From the IMG/VR virus record IMGVR_UViG_3300024265_000041, positions 20,256-84,255 of that record: a stretch of 64,000 nt of DNA; one strand, given 5' to 3'. Made by a program: the position numbers and the translations under genes. Below the pieces are notes generated by a model. It did not search any database. It saw only the letters and a list, made by a program, of their open reading frames with translations, and was not told where the DNA came from. Positions 27,524 through 35,686 of this stretch are shown here, piece after piece. The stretch's first letter is position 1, and the number at the start of each line of letters is the position of its first letter. Source of the DNA: a virus.

Positions 27524-28171
27524 TTACCTCTTAAGGTTTATAAAATATTTCCCGTTAATGTGTTTTTGACCAGGAGGTATCCACATCCCTCCGTTACTTC
27601 CTCTACTATCTGAACCGGCAGTGTACCCACACTGATTACACACAGGGTAGTCCCAGCAGGAAGGGTCAGAGGTATTAGATAGACACCCTAAAGGTTCATG
27701 TCTTACATTGTGGGACCAGCAAACAGGACAGGTTTTCGTATCCTCTATCTGATCCCTAGTTACTTCTAATGCACTTGAAGGAAGTAACTTTCTGTGTTTC
27801 CTTATCCACCGTTTTGCTATCTTGTTAACAGGACTAGAGAAGAAGTATTCTTCAGGAACATCCACGACTGTTGTCCCCATTAGGTGGGCGTGATTTAACT
27901 CAACAATTACCCCTGGGGAGGTGTCATGACCTTCAAGTTTTAGTAAATGTAGTTCAGCAGCTAGGTCTAACATGTGAAGGTTTTCTTGTTTCCAATACTT
28001 AAACCCTTTTTTGAGTTTATACTCATAAGCTAACTGGTGGAAGTGTACTATTGGGGAATATACGCCAACAACTCCATCCCTTTTTAATTGCGCGCAATAG
28101 GCCTTAGCTAATTGAAATCTTACTTCCATTACTTCCTTAATCCCACTGTACGGGTGAGCCACATAGATCAT
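27524..28171 (-). CDS. DUF1937 / nucleoside-deoxyribosyltransferase-like protein with C-terminal Zn ribbon
   Basis: IYVAHPYS, YSPIVH.H, W...L.ML, S.GV..E...A; CPVC...CNQC. Confidence 0.7.
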   Translation of the reverse strand: MIYVAHPYSGIKEVMEVRFQLAKAYCAQLKRDGVVGVYSPIVHFHQLAYEYKLKKGFKYWKQENLHMLDLAAELHLLKLEGHDTSPGVIVELNHAHLMGTTVVDVPEEYFFSSPVNKIAKRWIRKHRKLLPSSALEVTRDQIEDTKTCPVCWSHNVRHEPLGCLSNTSDPSCWDYPVCNQCGYTAGSDSRGSNGGMWIPPGQKHINGKYFINLKR

Positions 28172-28392
28172 TACACTTCCCTCATGGTTACCTGATTATT
28201 GGCTGATTTTTCTACTAAGTAAGGGACTCCTTCAAACCTCATACGCTGTCCCACTTTGGGTGGGATTGGTATATGCACTTTGGAAGGGTAGTTGATAGTA
28301 TCACCGTTGAGTTTTATCAATACTAGTTTGTACGCAACATTTCTAATCGAAGGTAATTCTGGGTCTAACTCCACTATTTTATCTTTACTCAT
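28171..28392 (-). CDS. Hypothetical protein
   Basis: GGAGG RBS; coupled ORF. Confidence 0.5.
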   Translation of the reverse strand: MSKDKIVELDPELPSIRNVAYKLVLIKLNGDTINYPSKVHIPIPPKVGQRMRFEGVPYLVEKSANNQVTMREV

Positions 28393-28421
28393 ATTGATTC
28401 CTCCAGATGAATTACCTTTTA

Positions 28422-29180
28422 TTAAAGACCAGCATCACGCCCTGTGTGGGCTTCCCAAAGAGAGGGGAACTCTAGCCTTACTGTGTGAAGAAAATCTGCG
28501 TCAGTGTTAGCAATATCCGTCTTCTGCATCATGTATCTCACGAAACCGTAACCGGCCTGTTTCATAGTTTTTCCCTTGTGCTTACCAAAAGGGATAACTT
28601 TCATTGCCTGAGGGGTGCCACAAAACTCTGCTAACTCAATATAATTCATGTCAAAATATTCACAGTAGTAGTCAACCAATCTGGCCACGCCTAATACATC
28701 TGCCATCGCATCATGAGCCCCTGTTAACTCTTCACCAAACGCCTGTTGGTAAGTGTAACTAAGCTTATGGTTTGTTGCTGTTGGGTTAGCTCTGCGAGCC
28801 AAAATTATCGTATCAATCTGGGGGTAATCGATTATTTCTTCCCACCCAAGATTAATAGAAACAACGTTATCAAATCTAATATGATTATGACCAGCTATGA
28901 TGACTAAACGACCTGAGTCCTGAAGACTTTCTACATAGCTTTCTAACATCCAAACTATTATGGAAGGATGAGGGTACCCGAGGACCATAGTTTGTGAAAT
29001 ACCATGAACCTTAACTGCTTCTGGATGGATCTTTTTACCTGGGTTGCTTATGGCATGAACAATAGGTAAGTGGTCTCCTCCATCTATCGATAAGGTTGCA
29101 GCAGTTTGAACTGGCAAATCAACTTTTGGTTCAGGTCCTGTTGTTTCGTAGTCATAAGTTACTAATGCAATTTCTGACAT
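28422..29180 (-). CDS. DEDDh 3'-5' exonuclease (ExoX/DnaQ-like)
   Basis: DYETTG, VHGI, GHN..RFD, AHDAMAD; C-terminal PFGKHKG. Confidence 0.9.
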   Translation of the reverse strand: MSEIALVTYDYETTGPEPKVDLPVQTAATLSIDGGDHLPIVHAISNPGKKIHPEAVKVHGISQTMVLGYPHPSIIVWMLESYVESLQDSGRLVIIAGHNHIRFDNVVSINLGWEEIIDYPQIDTIILARRANPTATNHKLSYTYQQAFGEELTGAHDAMADVLGVARLVDYYCEYFDMNYIELAEFCGTPQAMKVIPFGKHKGKTMKQAGYGFVRYMMQKTDIANTDADFLHTVRLEFPSLWEAHTGRDAGL

Positions 29181-29425
29181 CCTTCTCCTCCTGTGAATTT
29201 CTTTTCATTTTTCATGTAATCCAATACGACCTCTAAAACTGAGATCAAATTATCTCTTGGTAAGTTACTGCATGAAGAAGGGTAAAAGTTTTTTTCATTT
29301 TCACCTTGGATAGGGAATGCCAGGAGGTAAAACCCTGCTTTTTCCTCATAGATAATATCTAAAGTATCAGATATAGCCCCACCAAGTTCTTTGAGTTCCA
29401 TTTTAATTTCGTTCATTTTGAACAC
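29162..29425 (-). CDS. Hypothetical protein
   Basis: AGGAG RBS; overlapping ORF. Confidence 0.5.
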   Translation of the reverse strand: MFKMNEIKMELKELGGAISDTLDIIYEEKAGFYLLAFPIQGENEKNFYPSSCSNLPRDNLISVLEVVLDYMKNEKKFTGGEGCQKLH

Positions 29426-29445
29426 ACTCCTTAGGTGTTATCCTA

Positions 29446-32400
29446 CTAATCTTTACCTTCTGTTAACACTCTTTCTGAAGTTTCCATAATGGAATCCTCT
29501 GTTGGGTTAATTCCTATCTCAACCTGGGAACCCCAATTGATCCCTATACTAACATCAGCCTCCATTGGTACTGCATGTCCAGGGGGAGTCAGTGACATTA
29601 TTTCCGTCATTTCGTTAATGTAAGTCACTACAGTTGATACAGGTACCCTGGAAACAAATTCATCGTAAACAGGGGCGATCAATTTTGCTCTAGTACGCTG
29701 CATTAATTTAATCCTACGAACTATGCCCAAAACTTTCACTAGAATGTCAGCAGCACAACCCTGTATTGTGGCGTTGATAAGCTGACGTTCTGCCCGAGCA
29801 ACAGTTTGTTTGTTACTAGAAAAAATCTTGGCATCAATATGACGGCGATTACCAAAGGCGGTTTCGGTGTATCCATGAAGTTTAGCAAACTTGGCAACAC
29901 TCCTCTGCCAGGGTGTGATGCCTGGGTAGGTTTCCATTACAGCGTCGAATATCAGGTTAGCTTCTTCAAGGGTAATGATTAGTCGTTCAGATAATGTTAA
30001 GGCTCCTCCACCATACCCTATTAGAAAGTTTGTTTCCTTAGCTTTTGCCTTACGGGTGAAGACACAAAGTTTATGATGTTCTAATTCTGGGTTTTCGTAG
30101 TAGTCAACGTAATGGTCGTAGTCTAAATGCAACTTGTTAACTTTAGAAATGATACCAACAGCAGACTGACTATGTATGTCTCGTCGTTCAGATCCAATGT
30201 AACACCCCATCATTGTTTCGTCCTGACACTCACTCGCCATGATCCTCAACTCTTGTTGAGAGAAATCGATTGCTACTACCACATGAGGTTCTTCCCCTCT
30301 CTTTTTCCACCCTGCCCTCTGAGCCGGGAAGCAACTTCTTAGCCTACCTCCGTCTTTATAGCCAGAAACCTGCAACAAATTAGGGGTACCTCCAGAGGGT
30401 CTTCTAGTTACAGTTCCACAATTCTTAATAGAGGGGTGTAACATTTTGTCACTTGTGTAAACCCAATTTGGGTAGGGTTTGAAATACAGTCCATTATAAG
30501 TTTTATCGGTTTTAATAATACGCAAATAATCTAGGGCCTCTATTCTCCAATCCCCTTCTTTCATGTCATAAGCCTTGGCTGTATCCATAGCTAAAACATC
30601 AGTACCAGGGCTTCCCTTCAAATTATGTGTTGCTCTGAAGCTTTTAAAATCAGTAATTTTAGAATGTCTTCTAACCGGCAGTCCCATCATGCAATATAGC
30701 ATTGCCTGCATTTTTTTATAGGAGCCGACTTCGATGTGGGTGCCATGTTTGATCGTCTTAGTCGTACCATTCTCAGCCGCTTCCTTATCGATGAGATCTG
30801 CACAAAATTCAAGGAATGTCTCATAATTTTCCCCTTTTCTTCCCTTGAGTTGGTTGGCTGCTGGCCCTAACACTCTAAGGAACTCCCCTGCTAAACTGCT
30901 AATCTTCCCAGAGCTGTAAACCCCCTCGATGTAGTCTGCCAATCTAGAAACAGCCACTGAGACTGGGGGGGTAATCCCAACTATACCACAAACCTTTTCT
31001 AACCCTTTAACAGTTGGTAGCCACTTGGTAGAGGATGAGATTACTTCTTCAGTCGGAGGTACAAAAACACAAGAACCTAAAAGCTTCTCTTTTTCTGAAG
31101 CTACCCTGGAGTTTATTTGCTCAAGGTTTAACTTTTTCTCTTCTGGTTGATCTTTATTTTTAGCCACTAGGTAAGGCTTAACTTCAACTTTAATGAAACT
31201 GTCAACCGCTGCTGGGTTTGGTGTATTACAATTTTTCAACAGCAGCGGTAGTAACTTTCCCATGGCTTCCTCCGCCCCCTCCTTAGAGGACTTCACGTAC
31301 TCTCGTAACTCTTCTTCATCCAGTGGAGTACCTTCACGTTTCGCTTCAATCAAAACTCGTTCAGCGTCTGGCTGGTTCGCCACATAGAAATCCCAAGTGC
31401 CTTCTATCATCATCTTCAATCTGAGTAAGTCCCAGAGATGGGCAGTAACAATTGCATCGTCGCAACCGTAAGGGAAAGCGCACTCTTCAGCGGTCAGTTC
31501 AGACATGTTAGCTTTATCGCCCAGAGTCTCTAAGAAAGTTTGCTGTTTGTAGCCTAAAAGTTCTTTACTTAATGATTTCAAATGGGCGCTTAGATTTTCA
31601 TCTGCATACGCTGACATGATCACGGTATCCATAACTTTCTTTGGAGAGTACTCACATTCTCGTTCAGTCAACTCGACTTCAAAGGACTCGTTGTGAGCAA
31701 CCAAAGGCGTACCAGATTTTTCAGCCGCAGCTAAGAATTGACCTAAAACTCTATTAGGTAAATTGTTAGAATCTTTGTGGCCGGTGGTGACATAGAAACA
31801 ACTTTCGTAGTTAGCACCGAAGCAAAAGCTGGCTCCCACTGGTACCTGCCTCAGTACGTCTACGAAATCTTTGTTCTTACTGGCAATCTGCAATGACTCC
31901 TGCCTTACTGGATCAAATGACTCGTAATCGAACGCAACAATTGGACCCTCAGCGAACGCCTCAACTGCCTCTTTTAAATCTGCTTCCTCAAAAGTTTCTG
32001 AATCTATTAACCATGAGGTCGGGCATAACTCTTCCAGCCGTTCAAAATAGTCCATGCAATTAGCTTTCTCCAAAACCTCTCGCAAACGATCTTTACTTGG
32101 AATTCTCTTGAAGTATTTAATACACCCTTTCTTCTTGGCGAAAGGTTTCCCCACCCACTCTGGGTGTAAACTAGCCAACGAAAACATGATTTCCCAATCG
32201 TGTCTGTTGTCATAAAGTTTTCTTAAATTTCTAGATTCTTCTACTTCAAGTGATTCTAAAATTAATGAGTAGTCTGAGGTAGCTACACATTTTTGAATTT
32301 CCAGCATACCTTCAATTTCGAACTCCCCTAACAAAGAGGTAAACGCTGCTGACCCCATTCCTTTAATACCTGGGTAACAATCTGACCTATCTCCCACGAT

Positions 32401-32949
32401 TGATTTCTCTAAAGTAATTAACTCTAAAGGGACCCCTTTATGCTCACCGATAATTGGATCACCTTTCAGATGTACCAAAACATTTTTACTGGAAAGTGCA
32501 AGTAGGTCAGCGTCGATTGTTTTTACTTCAATTTCCCCAGGAAGGCAACCACATAACATAGAAATAACATCATCTGCTTCACAGGCAGGTGCCAATATTT
32601 GAGTATACCCTAGCGAAGCTAATAGACCTTTGGCCAGTAGCATTAACTTGTCGGTTTCGGCGACTGAGACAAGGTCTCTTTTTTTATCGTCAGCTTTCCT
32701 CTTCACTTTGTAAGGCGGGTAAATTGCTTTACGTCTAGTGTTATCGTCGTCCCAACAAGCTAATGTTGACCTGGGATAGACCTCTGACTCTTCTATTGTG
32801 TTCAGGATTATAAACTCAATGAAACGACTTAGGCCAAACCCAGCTGTATTACAGGCTTTACCGTCGTCCCCCATAATAGAATCTTTGTCATTACCTGAAT
32901 GATATAGGTTAAGCAGTAACCCTCTTATATCTAAGATAACAGTCTTCAT
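29446..32949 (-). CDS. polA: Family A DNA polymerase with fused 5'-3' and 3'-5' exonuclease domains (start moved to ATG 32949)
   Basis: 5'-exo RKAIYPPYK, EADDVI, DADL, GDRSD..PGIKG.G; 3'-exo DYE, AHN, YGCDDA; motif A DFSQQELR, motif B K..NF...YG, motif C VYDE; GAGGT RBS. Confidence 0.95.
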   Translation of the reverse strand: MKTVILDIRGLLLNLYHSGNDKDSIMGDDGKACNTAGFGLSRFIEFIILNTIEESEVYPRSTLACWDDDNTRRKAIYPPYKVKRKADDKKRDLVSVAETDKLMLLAKGLLASLGYTQILAPACEADDVISMLCGCLPGEIEVKTIDADLLALSSKNVLVHLKGDPIIGEHKGVPLELITLEKSIVGDRSDCYPGIKGMGSAAFTSLLGEFEIEGMLEIQKCVATSDYSLILESLEVEESRNLRKLYDNRHDWEIMFSLASLHPEWVGKPFAKKKGCIKYFKRIPSKDRLREVLEKANCMDYFERLEELCPTSWLIDSETFEEADLKEAVEAFAEGPIVAFDYESFDPVRQESLQIASKNKDFVDVLRQVPVGASFCFGANYESCFYVTTGHKDSNNLPNRVLGQFLAAAEKSGTPLVAHNESFEVELTERECEYSPKKVMDTVIMSAYADENLSAHLKSLSKELLGYKQQTFLETLGDKANMSELTAEECAFPYGCDDAIVTAHLWDLLRLKMMIEGTWDFYVANQPDAERVLIEAKREGTPLDEEELREYVKSSKEGAEEAMGKLLPLLLKNCNTPNPAAVDSFIKVEVKPYLVAKNKDQPEEKKLNLEQINSRVASEKEKLLGSCVFVPPTEEVISSSTKWLPTVKGLEKVCGIVGITPPVSVAVSRLADYIEGVYSSGKISSLAGEFLRVLGPAANQLKGRKGENYETFLEFCADLIDKEAAENGTTKTIKHGTHIEVGSYKKMQAMLYCMMGLPVRRHSKITDFKSFRATHNLKGSPGTDVLAMDTAKAYDMKEGDWRIEALDYLRIIKTDKTYNGLYFKPYPNWVYTSDKMLHPSIKNCGTVTRRPSGGTPNLLQVSGYKDGGRLRSCFPAQRAGWKKRGEEPHVVVAIDFSQQELRIMASECQDETMMGCYIGSERRDIHSQSAVGIISKVNKLHLDYDHYVDYYENPELEHHKLCVFTRKAKAKETNFLIGYGGGALTLSERLIITLEEANLIFDAVMETYPGITPWQRSVAKFAKLHGYTETAFGNRRHIDAKIFSSNKQTVARAERQLINATIQGCAADILVKVLGIVRRIKLMQRTRAKLIAPVYDEFVSRVPVSTVVTYINEMTEIMSLTPPGHAVPMEADVSIGINWGSQVEIGINPTEDSIMETSERVLTEGKD

Positions 32950-32963
32950 TCTGCACCTCTTAT

Positions 32964-32984
32964 ATCTCGTACTATGTACGAAAT
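32964..32984. promoter_or_regulatory. Palindrome just upstream of polA RBS, variant of the TTCGTAC-N-GTACGAA element
   Basis: ATCTCGTAC-TAT-GTACGAAAT. Confidence 0.5.
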
Positions 32985-33006
32985 TAATTATTTTTCTAAA
33001 TGTACT

Positions 33007-33028
33007 GAGGGGGAATGAGATCCCCCTC
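33007..33028 (-). terminator. GC-rich hairpin between SSB-like gene and polA
   Basis: 8-bp stem GAGGGGGA/TCCCCCTC, no clear U tract. Confidence 0.4.
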
Positions 33029-33041
33029 TCTCGGTGGTTTC

Positions 33042-33974
33042 TTAATCTTCTAATACGTCTTCTAACAGACCCAAACAACTAAACTTCCAAGGGCACCAAG
33101 AGTTCTTTCCTTTAGTAATTTTCTTACCAACGGAGACCATGGTGACAACCTTGTCAGGGTTAACCCCATACTTGTGTTGAACCTTTACTACATACCCAGA
33201 AAAACGCTTCAGGGAGGAAGGCGGAATGCTTAGTAAAACAAACTCCCCATCAAATTGTCCATCCTTGATTTCAGCTACAGCTTCTAGGTAAGTTTTAGTT
33301 TCTACCTCTAGCCCCTGACCAGCTAGCCTACTTCGGAAGCTTTCCACCGGGACTCCGGAGGTGTCAGTCACATTGTCATAGCTATAAATAAACTCGTCTG
33401 TATCCCCGTCGCATAGCTCTTTAATGATGAACTTTTCTCGTGTCTGAGTGACGATCATTGGGACTTCTTTTTCGTCTAATGTTTCCCCATCAATCATGAA
33501 GCTCTCTCCGTCAAGTTTCATAATATCGAAAGACCCAAACCCTATCTCTAACCCACTGAACCCTGCCTGAGCAGCAACAGCCAATGCTCCTCCCTGAACC
33601 TGATCTGGGTTATAAGAAGCTATTTGAGTGTGGGCAGAAGGCTGTGCCATAGAGGTTCCTGTGTGGACTTCTGTTTCGTCGTCAGGGTCAGACTGATCTA
33701 CATTGGAAATAAGATTATCTTCTTTATCGGAGGGACCAGAGTTTTCCTCTATTTCCCTCTGGTTAGCCGGAGGGGTTGGAGGTTTCTTTCTTGAGGTGGT
33801 ACGTGAAGGCGGTTTACTTGCCGCCTTCTTTTTAACTGCAGATTTTTTGGCGGCTTCAGCTTTTTTGTCAGATGCAGATTTTTTGGCGGCTTCAGCTTTT
33901 TTGGCATCTTCAATTTTTTTAGATTCGGCCTTTTCATCGGCTACGGTGTTAACAGTGGATTTTTTTCTAAGCAT
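33042..33974 (-). CDS. Putative single-stranded DNA-binding protein with Lys/Ala-rich N-terminal tail
   Basis: Between helicase and polymerase; beta-rich domain ending LSIPPSS...F..Y...W.PW.F and acidic end; KKAEAAKKSA x2. Confidence 0.55.
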   Translation of the reverse strand: MLRKKSTVNTVADEKAESKKIEDAKKAEAAKKSASDKKAEAAKKSAVKKKAASKPPSRTTSRKKPPTPPANQREIEENSGPSDKEDNLISNVDQSDPDDETEVHTGTSMAQPSAHTQIASYNPDQVQGGALAVAAQAGFSGLEIGFGSFDIMKLDGESFMIDGETLDEKEVPMIVTQTREKFIIKELCDGDTDEFIYSYDNVTDTSGVPVESFRSRLAGQGLEVETKTYLEAVAEIKDGQFDGEFVLLSIPPSSLKRFSGYVVKVQHKYGVNPDKVVTMVSVGKKITKGKNSWCPWKFSCLGLLEDVLED

Positions 33975-34055
33975 GGTAATCTCCAGTTATATTAAAGTTT
34001 AAATTTACATTTACATTTACATTAGAATGACTAGATATTTCTACCTAGCAAAATA

Positions 34056-34084
34056 ATATTCCCATAGTGTATTGTCTATGTCAA
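34056..34084 (-). promoter_or_regulatory. Sigma70-type promoter for SSB-like gene/polA
   Basis: TTGACA-N17-GAATAT with TG extension on minus strand. Confidence 0.55.
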
Positions 34085-34090
34085 GTGTAT

Positions 34091-35686
34091 CTAAAACATG
34101 TTACCCCATTCAGGTATCTCTGCTGTTACCCCCTTTTCGTCGAAAAGTTGTTCATCCTTGAATCCCTTTATGCTGCCTACAGGGTCTACTCCTTCTACCT
34201 CAATTTTAAACAGAGTTGTGGTATCGAAAGTAACCTGCCTGTTCTGGTCGTGTTTTGACAACATTTGATTTCTGGTTTCCACTGAGCATGTCTTCAGAGG
34301 GGTAATTAAATAAAAATTTGTAGAGAACGTCTGCCCAATACGGTGTATCCGGTCACAGGCCTGAGCGAACCTCCCTGGGACCCCTACAGGCTCTGCGAAA
34401 ATCATGTGGGAGCATTCCTTTTGAAGATTCAACCCAACACCCCCACTTAGGTAATTTGATATCAATATCCTGTAATTTGGGTCAGTCTGAAACTTTTTAA
34501 TCACCTCTGGCTTACTCCCCTTAGTCCCCCCATAAAGGGTTAGAGGGTTAAAGTGAGAGAATGTCTTCTCCAGGTTCTCAACAGTCATTCTGAAATGACA
34601 AAAAATTACTACCTTATGTTTCTCCATGCCAATGTTATTTAACAACTCTGCTATAGCCTCAACTGGGGTATTCTTAATTTTATTGTCTGAAAAATTATGC
34701 GGGTTCATTACTATCTGCATAAGCTTCTGACGCAGTGAGACTTCCATCTCAGCATCAATCATCCTATCCTCAAGTTCTAACAGTCGTTCTTTGGCTAATT
34801 TTCGGTAAAGTCTTAAGTGTTCAGTAGATAGATCAATCTGTACTTCTGAATACAGTTTAGGGGGGAGATCTAGAACATCTGTTTTCTCCACTCTACGAGC
34901 CTGGGAATAAAATGTTTGTGAAAGGTAGTCTAAATTTTTGTACCCTTCTATTTCCTCAAAATCAGAATGAGGATTATAAACAACGTGCATGGCTTCAAAA
35001 TTCCTCATTGATCCATAGGTTCTTGGGGTTATTAAGGCTATGTAACCATATAAATCAATTAACGTATTCTCTGCCGGGGTGCCAGTCATTAACAGTAACG
35101 CTGACTCCCCCTCAGGTCCTAAGAATCTTGACACACACTTACTAATATTACTCGTCGGGGTTTTCAGTGCCGTTGCCTCGTCAGCTACTAAAACATTAAA
35201 TCCGTTGTTTTTTAAAAACAAGCACTCCAACAGAGGAATAGACCCGTTTGCTCTTTGCTTTCTGGTGTAGACCTGATCACGGAATCTGTTATATGACATT
35301 AGCAAAACATCTGGAGTACCATCCTCTAACCAACGGTCTCTTTGCTTCTGTCTCTGCTCAGGGTTACCGTTATATAGTTCAATTTTTAAATAATCATCTA
35401 TACCAATGAGTACGTCAGAGAATTCATTTCTAAATTGGTGAAGAAGAGTTGGTGGCATAATACAAACTGCTCTGTTCCCCTCTCCGCAAAAGAAGGATAT
35501 AAACGCCTGAGCGATTAAAGTTTTACCAGTTCCTTGATCGTCATACAGACCGAACCTATCATAACTACAAGCTTGAGATAGTCCTGAAACTTGGTGGTGC
35601 TTTGAGTCAAACAAAAGTTCAACCTTCTTTGCCCACGGTGCAGGGGTTTTTATCCCTGCAGCTTTCATATACTCATCTAAGGTCAT
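34091..35686 (-). CDS. SNF2-family (SF2) helicase
   Basis: DDQGTGKT, VADEAT, LMTGTP, GGVGLNLQ, QACDRIHRIGQ. Confidence 0.93.
   Translation of the reverse strand: MTLDEYMKAAGIKTPAPWAKKVELLFDSKHHQVSGLSQACSYDRFGLYDDQGTGKTLIAQAFISFFCGEGNRAVCIMPPTLLHQFRNEFSDVLIGIDDYLKIELYNGNPEQRQKQRDRWLEDGTPDVLLMSYNRFRDQVYTRKQRANGSIPLLECLFLKNNGFNVLVADEATALKTPTSNISKCVSRFLGPEGESALLLMTGTPAENTLIDLYGYIALITPRTYGSMRNFEAMHVVYNPHSDFEEIEGYKNLDYLSQTFYSQARRVEKTDVLDLPPKLYSEVQIDLSTEHLRLYRKLAKERLLELEDRMIDAEMEVSLRQKLMQIVMNPHNFSDNKIKNTPVEAIAELLNNIGMEKHKVVIFCHFRMTVENLEKTFSHFNPLTLYGGTKGSKPEVIKKFQTDPNYRILISNYLSGGVGLNLQKECSHMIFAEPVGVPGRFAQACDRIHRIGQTFSTNFYLITPLKTCSVETRNQMLSKHDQNRQVTFDTTTLFKIEVEGVDPVGSIKGFKDEQLFDEKGVTAEIPEWGNMF

Noticed and set aside
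30700-31250. Intein in the DNA polymerase
   Set aside because: No N-terminal Cys/Ser block, no His-Asn C-terminus and no LAGLIDADG motifs.
32965-32974. Sarcin-ricin loop mimic (UAGUACGAGA on minus strand)
   Set aside because: The GGA 3' strand and closing helix are absent; the match is explained by the TTCGTAC palindrome family.
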